Below are positions 43,441 through 52,633 of a stretch of 64,000 nt of DNA, one piece after another (the stretch's first letter is position 1; every line of letters starts with the position of its first letter). A model generated the notes under the pieces. The model did no database searches and had not been told where the DNA came from. It was given only the letters and a program-made list of their open reading frames with translations. Origin of the DNA: an uncultured candidate division Zixibacteria bacterium (GTDB lineage: Bacteria > Zixibacteria > MSB-5A5 > RBG-16-43-9); NCBI GenBank assembly GCA_963713865.1, contig OY970208.1, forward strand, positions 1,184,001 to 1,248,000. Reading direction: 5' to 3'. The position numbers and the translations under genes are program-made.

Positions 43441-44346
43441 TCAAACGTTATGTCTCATCTGTCTTCTTACCTTAGACCTGATAAATATAGCGATGAAATT
43501 CAAAAGTAAAGTTAAAATTAAAAGTACCAGCACAGTTCCGTAAAGGATCGGCTTGGTAGCTTCCACATCAGGAGATTGGGTCGCCATCACGTAGACATGA
43601 TAACCCAGTTCCATAAACTGGTCAGTGGGCTTATGCGGCAGGTAGGGTAAAAAGTAAGCCGCACCGGTGAACATTATAGGAGCAACTTCTCCAGCCCCTC
43701 GACTGATGGAAAGGATAGCACCGGTCAAAACCCCGGGAAGTGCCTGAGGAAGGACTACCCTGCGAATAGTCTGCCACTTGGTTGCACCTAAGGCAAAAGA
43801 TGCCTCCCGAATTTCCGAGGGAACTGCTCTCAGGGCTTCCTCTGAAGCAACTACAACTACCGGAAGGTTCAAAAGGGCTAAGGTTAAAGCCGCCCACATA
43901 AGACAGGGTTGTCCCCAAACCACCTCCAAACCAAAAAACTTATCTATTCCTGCCCCGACAAATTGTATAAAAAATCCTAACCCAAATAACCCGAAGACAA
44001 TCGAAGGCACACCAGCTAAGTTGTTCACGGCAAAACGAATTGTTTTAGTCAGAGCAGATTCAGGCTTTGCGTATTCGTGTAAATAGATTGCAGTCATAAC
44101 CCCAACCGGGAGTACAGCGATTATCATTAAAATAACTAAAGCCACAGTCCCGAAAATTGCCGGGAAAATCCCGCCTGCGGTCATCCCTTCACGGGGAGCT
44201 TTGGTAATGAAATCCCAGCTTATGATCTTATGTCCCTGCAGAACTATATTCCCGATAATCACAAACAGGATGGCAAAGATAATCAGGGTCGCAAGTAAGG
44301 TTAGACCGGTAAAGAAAGAACCGAATAAGTTAATCCTGAGTTTCAT
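43441..44346 (-). CDS. pstA: Phosphate ABC transporter permease
   Basis: LAGVPSIVFGLFG, EAA loop REASFALGATKW; operon position. Confidence 0.94.
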   Translation of the reverse strand: MKLRINLFGSFFTGLTLLATLIIFAILFVIIGNIVLQGHKIISWDFITKAPREGMTAGGIFPAIFGTVALVILMIIAVLPVGVMTAIYLHEYAKPESALTKTIRFAVNNLAGVPSIVFGLFGLGFFIQFVGAGIDKFFGLEVVWGQPCLMWAALTLALLNLPVVVVASEEALRAVPSEIREASFALGATKWQTIRRVVLPQALPGVLTGAILSISRGAGEVAPIMFTGAAYFLPYLPHKPTDQFMELGYHVYVMATQSPDVEATKPILYGTVLVLLILTLLLNFIAIFIRSKVRRQMRHNV

Positions 44347-45309
44347 TTAAATTTTTCCCGCTAATTTCCTTTGCAACCTTCCCACAACCAGCTGGGCTAA
44401 GGAATTGATAATCAAAGTGAAGACAAAGAGGGAGGCACCGATGAAAAATAAAACATTGTAATGTGCACTGCCGTGTACCACCTCTCCTAATTCTGCGGCG
44501 ATGGTGGCAGACATCGTGCGAACCGAATCAAAAATATTAGCAGAGAGCAGGGAGGCATTTCCAGAAGCCATTAAAACTATCATTGTTTCACCTACTGCCC
44601 TTCCTAGTCCTAAGATAATCCCTGCCAGAACACCAGGCATTGCCACTGAAAGAGAAACTCGAAAGGCAGTCTGCCAGCGATTGGCTCCTAATGCCAGAGA
44701 GGCTTCCTTTAAACTCCGGGGCACAGAGTTCAAAGCATCCTCAGCTATGGAATAGATAACCGGGATGATGGCAAAGCTTAATGCCATCCCGGCATTAAAG
44801 GCGTTTAAACGCATAGTTGAATGAAAGATACTGTGAAAAAACGAAGCCATAACCATCAGAGCGAAAAAACCCAAGACCACAGAAGGTATTCCAGCCAAAA
44901 TCTCAACAATCGGCTTGATAAATTCTTTTAATTTGAGAGGTGCAAATTCTGAAGTAAAAATAGCAGCTCCTACAGAAATAGGAATTGAAAAAAAGAGGGC
45001 TACCACCACGACTTTGAAGGTTCCTAATATGATAGCAATCAAACCATATCGAGGAAAATCCGAAATCGGTTGCCAGATTTTTGTGGAAAAGAAAAGCCTT
45101 AAACTGGCTTCTTTTTTGACTTCAGGACTAACTAGGATTGGCAAAGCCTCCCGGAAAACAAAAACAAAGATCAGAATAACAGCTAAGATCGCCAAGAAAG
45201 AGGAAAAAAAGATTACCTTTTCAATAATGAATTCAGAAAGGCGGAATCTTTTCTTGGAAATGACAAATTCCGATTGGCGTTTCTTTTCTATGGTCTTCAA
45301 GTTTTCCAT
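44347..45309 (-). CDS. pstC: Phosphate ABC transporter permease
   Basis: EILAGIPSVVLG, EASLALGA, GRAVGETM. Confidence 0.94.
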   Translation of the reverse strand: MENLKTIEKKRQSEFVISKKRFRLSEFIIEKVIFFSSFLAILAVILIFVFVFREALPILVSPEVKKEASLRLFFSTKIWQPISDFPRYGLIAIILGTFKVVVVALFFSIPISVGAAIFTSEFAPLKLKEFIKPIVEILAGIPSVVLGFFALMVMASFFHSIFHSTMRLNAFNAGMALSFAIIPVIYSIAEDALNSVPRSLKEASLALGANRWQTAFRVSLSVAMPGVLAGIILGLGRAVGETMIVLMASGNASLLSANIFDSVRTMSATIAAELGEVVHGSAHYNVLFFIGASLFVFTLIINSLAQLVVGRLQRKLAGKI

Positions 45310-45497
45310 ATTTCGAAAAGTTAGTGATACTTCCTTCTAAGTCTATCCTCGCATGGTGATAGTATCTTGTTTCTGATTCCCTTCCTCGATGGGAGGGGAT
45401 AAAGGGAAGAGTGAAGTCGCATCATATTTTACTTCTCTCTAACCTTCTTCCGCAAGCTGCTGCTACTGTTGTTATGTAAAGTTGCAGGAATCCTCCA

Positions 45498-45968
45498 TTA
45501 AGATGATATTGATCTGTCAAGGTACTGTGAGTAATCTGTCAACCTCTGGGTGTATCTTTCTCTTATTAAATTAGATGAAATAATAAAATCTGCTGTAGAT
45601 CTGTTACAAGCTGTAGGAATATTATAAAGAACAGAGATCCTCAGCAAAGCTTTTACATCAACATCATGCGGGTGTGGTTGCATGGAATTCCAAAAGAAGA
45701 TCAGAATGTCAATATTTCCTTCTGCAACCATCGCTCCAAGTTGTTGATCGCCTCCAAATGGACCTGATTTTAGTTTAACTATACTATGGTTCAATGACTG
45801 CCCTTTTTCTAGTTTCTTGGATATTACTTCCTCAACTAAGCGACCAGTAGTCCCTGTACAGATCAACCTGTGATTTAAAAGTACTTTCCAGTTCCATTCT
45901 ACCCATTCGACTAAGTCACTTTTACAGTTGTCGTGTGCAACCAAAGCAACTCGCTTCGATATTTCCAT
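45498..45968 (-). CDS. mgsA: Methylglyoxal synthase
   Basis: VALVAHD, TGTTG, SGPFGGDQQ, PHDVDVKALLR, ACNRSTAD. Confidence 0.92.
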   Translation of the reverse strand: MEISKRVALVAHDNCKSDLVEWVEWNWKVLLNHRLICTGTTGRLVEEVISKKLEKGQSLNHSIVKLKSGPFGGDQQLGAMVAEGNIDILIFFWNSMQPHPHDVDVKALLRISVLYNIPTACNRSTADFIISSNLIRERYTQRLTDYSQYLDRSISS

Positions 45969-46126
45969 GACCTCTCCTTATATCTATTCTGTTTCATAAG
46001 ACTTGATTGATACGAGCCTATGTTGTGTCATAGTCAAGCATATTATTCTGTGCCCAGCAATTTTGCATAACATCTGCACCCTTACGCAGTAAGGCTGTTT
46101 GTTAGCGGTAGACATTCACAGCAAAC

Positions 46127-47077
46127 CTATATTACACCTGATTGTTTAAAATAACTTACCGTTTCTTCAATTCCCTTTTCATAAGGGGTGGGCTTATGGT
46201 TGAAATGTTTTTCAAATTTCGACGAATCAAACACATAATCATATTTATTTTGATACAACATTTCATAAGCTTCCCGTGTCCGCTTATCAAATACGCCTGC
46301 CAGCTTTACCATCCACTTCTTTAGAACAGTGAAGTCGGGATTTACTCCCAGCTTTTCAGCCACATTTCTTATGAATTCCTCACCGGTTAGAGGAGGGCTT
46401 GCGGTTGGTAGATGCCATACCTGATTATTCGCACTCTCTGCCTTAGCTAAGAGGTACAAAGACTTTCCACAGTCGCCTGTATACGTGTAAGAGTGTTTGG
46501 CTTTGACATTTACTAACCATTGTGCTTTTCTGCCTTTTGCTAGTCTTTCAATCACGAGCATAAATGGAAGGCTTGTTTTATCTGCATAAGGTCCATAGAA
46601 ATCAGCAGCCCTTGCGATGATAGCAGTGATATTGTTGCTCCTTATTTCTGAGAGAAGGTAGTCGGCTATTTGAGCCCTCACTTCGCCTTTTTTACTGCAA
46701 GGATTAATGGGGGAATCTTCCTTCATAATACCTTTCACTTTCCCATACATATACACGTTGTCAAAAAAGATCAGCCGGGCATTTTTCGATTTGCAAGCCG
46801 CAACAGTATTTTGCATTATTATGGGCCATTGTTCTTGCCAGATTGATGTATCGTAAGGAAGTCCAACAAGAAGATAAACAACAGATGATTCTTCAAGGGC
46901 ATGATTTGTTTCCTGGAAATTAGTTAAGTCAGCTTTTGACGATTCTGTCCGCTGAACACTGTGTCCACTGCGGGATACTAGTTTTACACTTTCATTATTT
47001 GAAAGCAATTCTTTTGTCAGGATATTACCAATAGCACCACCCGCTCCAAGAATAATGTGTTTTGTAATTGTTTTCAT
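46127..47077 (-). CDS. NAD-dependent epimerase/atypical SDR
   Basis: ILGAGGAIG, FFDNVYMYG, KKGEVRA, RAADFYGP. Confidence 0.88.
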   Translation of the reverse strand: MKTITKHIILGAGGAIGNILTKELLSNNESVKLVSRSGHSVQRTESSKADLTNFQETNHALEESSVVYLLVGLPYDTSIWQEQWPIIMQNTVAACKSKNARLIFFDNVYMYGKVKGIMKEDSPINPCSKKGEVRAQIADYLLSEIRSNNITAIIARAADFYGPYADKTSLPFMLVIERLAKGRKAQWLVNVKAKHSYTYTGDCGKSLYLLAKAESANNQVWHLPTASPPLTGEEFIRNVAEKLGVNPDFTVLKKWMVKLAGVFDKRTREAYEMLYQNKYDYVFDSSKFEKHFNHKPTPYEKGIEETVSYFKQSGVI

Positions 47078-47173
47078 TTGATCTTGCTCTTAGACGGATG
47101 TTATCATCCGACTTATCTCCTGCTGGATGAGGGCATCCAGCAGGAGCTTGAAAAAACTACTAACTTCCTACGA

Positions 47174-48008
47174 CTACTTGACTGGGAAATACCCAACCTT
47201 ACTTACAATCTGCTGTCCCTGTTCAGACAGGGCGAAATCGACTAATTTCTTTATTTCACCAGTAGGTTTATTGCGAACATACCAGTATAGATAGCGGGAA
47301 ATAGGATATTTTCCATTTTTTATATTCTCCAGAGTCGGCTCATAGCCAAGTGTTTGAGCATCCTTCTTAACTTTGCAATATTTCACTCCTTTGGCATAAG
47401 CGGCTCCTCCATAACCGATTCCATATTCGTCCTTTGCCACTGCATTCACAATCGCCGCAGTTCCCGGAAGGGTCTCGGGTCTGGGATGCAAAATCTGCAC
47501 CCGTTAAGACATTGTCCTTAAAATAAGCATAAGTGCCGGAGCTATTATCCCTGCCATAGAGGACTATTTTGGTATCATCTCCGCCTAAGTCCTTCCAGTT
47601 GGTAATCTTTCCGGTGTAAATTCCTTTAAGTTGATCCAGGGTGAGTTCAGAGATCTTGTTTTCTTCGTTCAGATAGATAGAGAGTCCATCTCTTGCTACT
47701 GCGATTTCAACTCCTTTAGTGTTAAACCGCTCTTTCAATTTGTCAACTTCAGAGCTTTTAATAGGTCTTGAGGCTTCGCAGATGTCAGTCGAGCCATTGA
47801 TTAAAGCGGCAATCCCTACTCCAGAACCTCCACCAGTTACCTGAATAACTACTCCCGGATTCTGATTCATATAGATTTCTGCCCATCTTTGACCCAAAAT
47901 GAGCAAAGTGTCAGAGCCTTTTATGGTAATAGTCTTAGCGGCAAAAACTGATAACATAACTGTAAATGATAAAGATAGAATTCCTATAACGGCTATTAGC
48001 TTTTTCAT
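47174..48008 (-). CDS. pstS: Phosphate ABC transporter substrate-binding protein; frameshifted (+1) at about 47478
   Basis: KGSDT, GGGSGVG, RDNSSGT; removing one C after CCAGAC gives ASQTETLPGT...IGYGG...YPISR; 277 aa. Confidence 0.9.
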
Positions 48009-48030
48009 TTTATTCTCCTTTCTTTAATAT

Positions 48031-49298
48031 TTAAAACATAAACTGAAATTGCAAGGTAAATCTGTTGTCTTTTCTGTCGCCATCATATTTGGAGAAAATA
48101 GAGTTGTTTTTAAGTTGATGAGGTATATCATATGCTGCCGTTATCCTTACATAAGAATCCCAGAAATAATGCAGGGCTAAAGACAAGGTTCCAGTGGCGT
48201 CGTTCTTTGCGTTCTCATCTGTATTGGGGTCCCAGTAATCATATCTGGCGGCAGCTCCAAATTTAGTGGTTAAATTCTGGGATAACCAGAGATACCAGCC
48301 CATTTCGTCGGCTAAAGAATCCTTTGCATTTTTATTATAGTCCTGAGCCAGGTAAAGCTCTCCCCTGATTCCGGTTCCGCCGATTGGCAAGAAATCAAGA
48401 TAGACCTGGGCATCAGCACCATACCTGATCTTGTCTTTTTCCACTGCTGGGACTGCAGCTTTTGGAGCAGTGGTTTTAAACTCGCCCGGGTCTATTACTC
48501 CATTTCCATTCACATCATACCAGCTGGTAACACCAGAAACAGCCGCGCTTCCAGGAAAATAGGTTTTACCCCAGTAACCGGAGAATCCTAAATCGACCAT
48601 TCCTAATTTCGCCTTTGCCCGAGCAATTACATCTTTTGCCTTAGTAGGATCAAACCAGGTGAAGTTTTTGTCCTCTATCCCGTAACCTTGGAAAAGACCT
48701 AAGTTGAACTGGAGATATTTCGGAAGAGCCCAGGTAAGATTTGTTCCTCGGTCTCGTTCCCCTTTGAAAAGGTTATTCTCTGCCAGACTTCTTTCCGGGA
48801 AATCTCTTTTGGACGAAGAATATTCGATCTCGTACCCGAAAGGCCAGTTGAATTGTCCAAAAGTTAGCGCGAGATTATGTTTTCCGATACTCTTGTAAAG
48901 CTCAACATAAGCTTCTTTCAATGAAACGGTATTCTTTGAAGCATCAAAATAGATAATATACTTGCTGGAAGAACCGGGCTGGACCGTGAACTTTATCCTT
49001 CCTCTCCTGATATAGAAGTTATTGGCATTTAGGTTTTTAGTGGCATCATAACCACCTGCAACTCCATTCTGGGAACTGTCATTATACTCATACCGCATCT
49101 GGATGTAGCCGGATATTTTCACCCATTTCAGGATAGCAACATCGCTGTTCAAAGTTGCCATGTTCTCCGAAATCCCATCCAGACGGTCTTTCGTTTCCTG
49201 AAGCGCAGCCTTAATGCTGTCTTCTGGGTCTGCGCCCAGGAATGATTTAGACTTATAGCTACTAATAAAAGCAAGATCAGCAAAATTTTTGTTTTCAT
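48031..49298 (-). CDS. Outer-membrane porin (phosphate-selective OprO/P-like); frameshifted (-1) at about 49227
   Basis: AAGGAG plus ATG at 49298, signal MKTKILLILLLLVAISLNHSWA; adding one base after GCAGAC joins the 48031-49161 ORF (422 aa); FYIRRGRIK, GQF..PFGYE, C-terminal FQFMF. Confidence 0.8.
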
Positions 49299-49489
49299 GT
49301 TTTCTCCTTTTTTGTTCTGGTTTCTTAAGTCCTAACTCGTCAGGCTTTCAAGCTTAACTTCTCATACCACCTCCTCGAAATATTTTCCAATTAAACTTTT
49401 TAACTTTACTTTCATATTTCCTCCTTTAATATTTTCTAATAATTGCAAAATTCATCGTCTTTCAAACTACAAATTAAACGTTCACCATA

Positions 49490-49527
49490 TTACGCCTGTA
49501 TTAACTCAGTGTTAATTCTGGGTTAAC
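49490..49527 (-). promoter_or_regulatory. Putative Pho box array upstream of porin-pstS
   Basis: TTAA-core units at 49501, 49512, 49523 plus a weaker TTAC at 49490, exact 11-bp pitch. Confidence 0.65.
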
Positions 49528-49919
49528 AAACATTCACCGGATAATCTGCCTGGGGAAGATGATAGAATACACTTAGAGGGCTAAATTTGCCTCATATCTG
49601 TCTTAAAATGTGGTAATAGTTTAGACTAAAGAGATGACTGGCTGGCAGAACTTTACTTCGTCCCAAGGATGTTTTTTTCAGATTTGTCACCTGAACCAGC
49701 ATGAGCTATTGATACTAAGGGTAAGACTAAAAGAAGAATCAAAAAGACTATTAGGTACTTCCTGAAGGTCATTTCTAAACTCCTCTGATATAAAAGTTTT
49801 TTACCTTAAAACACTCACCTGCAGAACAAAATCCTTAAAATTGAGTTAGACAGATTTTACATCATTATTAATGATAAAAACCTGTTGTACTTCTTCCTCT
49901 CCGCAACCTCGAGCTGCCG

Positions 49920-50135
49920 TTAATTCTCGTTCATAAAATCTGCCTCAGGTACTTCAAATTCCTCGAATTCCTCAAGTTCCTCTAACTCGATTACTGGAGG
50001 TTTAATAAGGGTATATTCACCCTCTATGATTTTTTCCACCACCTTAAGGAACTTCTCCGTGCTTAACCCCTGTAACTTGTAGGTTATCCAGCATGTTCTT
50101 GGGGGTGGCTTGCTTTTCTCCTTCGATTCAAGCAT
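49920..50135 (-). CDS. Small hypothetical protein with acidic C-terminus
   Basis: 71-aa ORF directly downstream of the Cys-rich ORF, same strand. Confidence 0.45.
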   Translation of the reverse strand: MLESKEKSKPPPRTCWITYKLQGLSTEKFLKVVEKIIEGEYTLIKPPVIELEELEEFEEFEVPEADFMNEN

Positions 50136-50150
50136 AAGTTCTACCCTGGG

Positions 50151-50372
50151 TTAATGGCTAACCAGCTCGCGATGAAATACACTCCAGTCAGAAGCAGATT
50201 GATTAACTTTCTCACAGTTTACCAATTCCTTGGTGCCGAGAAAGAACGGGCAGTGGCAATATTCGGTGCTATGGCAGAAGCTCTTGAGTTCCAAAAGATT
50301 TGGCACCATGCCGTCGAACATCTCAGAATCACACATCTCTATTTTCCCCTGGATCAGTTTGGGACATTCCAT
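50151..50372 (-). CDS. Small Cys-rich (putative metal-binding) protein
   Basis: GAGGAGGTG RBS; MECPKL...C...FCHSTEYCHCPFF. Confidence 0.65.
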   Translation of the reverse strand: MECPKLIQGKIEMCDSEMFDGMVPNLLELKSFCHSTEYCHCPFFLGTKELVNCEKVNQSASDWSVFHRELVSH

Positions 50373-50558
50373 TTTCTTTCACCTCCTCTGTTGATGAATC
50401 TTTTTCATTAAATATTTTCTCAAGTAATTCAAAAACCCACTCAGAATCATCCGTCTTTGTTTTGTCCTGGATTAGCTTGGGACATTCCATTTTCTTTCAC
50501 CCCCTCTGTTGATGAATCATTTTCGTCAAATATCTTCTCTATCAGATAAAAGACCCAC
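50323..50558. repeat. Imperfect 118-bp tandem duplication
   Basis: 50323-50440 versus 50441-50558; shared core TTGGGACATTCCATTTTCTTTCACCYCCTCTGTTGATGAATC. Confidence 0.9.
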
Positions 50559-50662
50559 ATACTTGGAGAAAACAGTTGCTTCCCCTTCATTTTCCTTGAA
50601 AACAGGTAAGTTAAGGAAACAATAGCGGCAAGCGCTATACTCATCAGGATAAATGTCTGCAT
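50447..50662 (-). CDS. Small membrane-anchored hypothetical protein
   Basis: AAGGAAG RBS; N-terminal hydrophobic helix; lies just below the second Pho-box array. Confidence 0.5.
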   Translation of the reverse strand: MQTFILMSIALAAIVSLTYLFSRKMKGKQLFSPSMWVFYLIEKIFDENDSSTEGVKENGMSQANPGQNKDG

Positions 50663-50758
50663 ATCTTTTAATCTTCCTTGCGAATCATTTTCTCATTCAT
50701 AAAGTCATAAAGTCCATTTGAACTCGCTAAAGTAAACGATAGCTTGATTTCAGTGAGA

Positions 50759-50785
50759 TTAACTAAAGGTTAAATCTATGTTAAA
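50759..50785 (-). promoter_or_regulatory. Second putative Pho box array
   Basis: TTAA cores at 50759, 50770, 50781 (minus strand TTAAC, TTAAC, TTAAT), 11-bp pitch. Confidence 0.65.
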
Positions 50786-50840
50786 AAGGTTGGATTAATT
50801 AAAAATGTCAGTTGAAGGATATGTATGCTGGCAAAAAAGA

Positions 50841-52610
50841 CTATGCTTTTCTCAACCTGAAGCTAAATTCACTCCCCTTACTCAATTGACTTCTAACATT
50901 TACTGTTTCCCCGTGAGCTTCGATTATATGCTTGACAATGGAAAGTCCCAGACCGGTTCCACCCGATTCCCGGGAGCGGTCTTTATCAACCCGGTAAAAC
51001 CTTTCAAAGATTCGGGGCAGGTCTTTTTCAGGGATTCCGATTCCGGTATCTATTACCGCAATCTCGATATAGTCTCCTTTATCCCGGCTCTCGATTTTGA
51101 TCTTTCCATTTAGAGGGGTATATTTGACGGCATTATCCACCAGATTAGTCAATGCCTGAGCTATTCTGTACCTGTCACCTAAAACTCTCTGGTTTTCAGA
51201 ATTTAGTACTATTTCTATTTTTTGTGATTTCCCCTCTGCTAAAGACTTGAGAGCAGATAAAATCTCTTCAAAAAGCTCTTTGATCAAAAATGGTTCTAAT
51301 TTCAATTCAAAATCCTTGGATTCGATGAGGGAAAGCTGTAGTAAGTCAGAGATGATTTTGTTCATCCGGTCAGTATGCTGGGAGATTATGGAAAGGAAAC
51401 GAGCTGATTTTTCCGGGTCGTTTATGGCTCCATCTTTTAACGCTTCCACAAAGCCCTTGATTGAGGTGATGGGGGTTCTTAATTCATGCGAGACATTTGC
51501 CACAAAGTCTTTCCGTATCCTTTCAGTCTTCTTAAGTTCGGTTATGTCGTGAAAAACGAAAATCGCAAAAATCGCACCCTCCTTTTGTCTTTCTACCAGA
51601 GCAGACTGGACCATAAAATCTTTTTCCCTGGGATAGATAAAAGAGAATTCCATACTTTTACTCTCCTGGCTCGAAAGAACTGTCTGGATGAATTGGTTCA
51701 GTTCATGACTTCGGATCAGCTCAAAATAGGATTTACCGTAAAAAGATTTATCCAGCTCGAACATCAGGCACATAGCAGAGTTTGCCAGAATGACTTTACC
51801 CTGAGAGTCTATGGCTAATACCCCTTCGATCATACTGGAGAGGATGGACTGCATCTGTGATTTATCCTCAGTAATCTGCTCTATCTTCCCGGAAAGCTCA
51901 ACCGACATCCGATTTAAAATTTCAGCCAGCTCTCCGATCTCGTCTCTGGTTCTTACATTGACCTTTTGAGAGAAATCACCTTCAGACATCCTCCTTCCCA
52001 CTTGCATCATCTGTCTTAAAGGTCTGGTTACCCTGTATGAAAATCCGAAACTTAAGAGGAACGAGAAGATGAAAGCTACTACCAGTCCTAAAAGGACAAG
52101 TTTGATGATCATATTTTGCCTATGTCTTAACTCAATCAGAGGTAAGGATAAGCGAGCTACTCCGATGATTTTACCTTGGGCTTTTATAGGAAAAGCTACA
52201 TAGAGCATATCTTCTTTGATGGTATAGCTATAGCGAATACTTTTTCCAACTTTGCCCTGCAGGGCTTCTGCAACCTCAGGTCTATTTTTGTGGTTCTCCA
52301 TGTTTAAAAGCGCTTTTCCACTCTCATAGGAATCTGCGACCACTTTACCATTTCTGTCAATTATGGTTATCCGACCCTGTATTTTATTACCGAGCTCATC
52401 TGCCAGGCTGTCTGTTTTTGTTAAATCCAAGTTTTCTAATAGAGGGGAAGCAAATATATTAGATAAAAGCTGTGTTTCAAAGATCATACCCTGTTCGAGT
52501 TGAGTAAGTGAGCGCTTTCTTTCAGAGGAGGAGATTAAAATCCCGGCAAGGGAAAGCCCTAAAATACTCAGCAGAAGATAGGTCAAGAACAATTTCCACT
52601 GCATCTTCAT
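50841..52610 (-). CDS. phoR: Phosphate regulon sensor histidine kinase (sensor-HAMP-PAS-HisKA-HATPase)
   Basis: ENHKNRPEV, DFVANVSHELRTP, NAVKY, FERFYRVD, GGTGLGLSI; adjacent to pst genes. Confidence 0.9.
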   Translation of the reverse strand: MKMQWKLFLTYLLLSILGLSLAGILISSSERKRSLTQLEQGMIFETQLLSNIFASPLLENLDLTKTDSLADELGNKIQGRITIIDRNGKVVADSYESGKALLNMENHKNRPEVAEALQGKVGKSIRYSYTIKEDMLYVAFPIKAQGKIIGVARLSLPLIELRHRQNMIIKLVLLGLVVAFIFSFLLSFGFSYRVTRPLRQMMQVGRRMSEGDFSQKVNVRTRDEIGELAEILNRMSVELSGKIEQITEDKSQMQSILSSMIEGVLAIDSQGKVILANSAMCLMFELDKSFYGKSYFELIRSHELNQFIQTVLSSQESKSMEFSFIYPREKDFMVQSALVERQKEGAIFAIFVFHDITELKKTERIRKDFVANVSHELRTPITSIKGFVEALKDGAINDPEKSARFLSIISQHTDRMNKIISDLLQLSLIESKDFELKLEPFLIKELFEEILSALKSLAEGKSQKIEIVLNSENQRVLGDRYRIAQALTNLVDNAVKYTPLNGKIKIESRDKGDYIEIAVIDTGIGIPEKDLPRIFERFYRVDKDRSRESGGTGLGLSIVKHIIEAHGETVNVRSQLSKGSEFSFRLRKA

Positions 52611-52633
52611 AGCTATACCCTTTAGAATTAATT

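Noticed and set aside
15370-49298. Seven split genes as true pseudogenes or programmed ribosomal frameshifts
   Set aside because: Each has a single indel at the same DNA motif regardless of gene orientation, no slippery sequence and no other decay; a sequencing artefact is more parsimonious.
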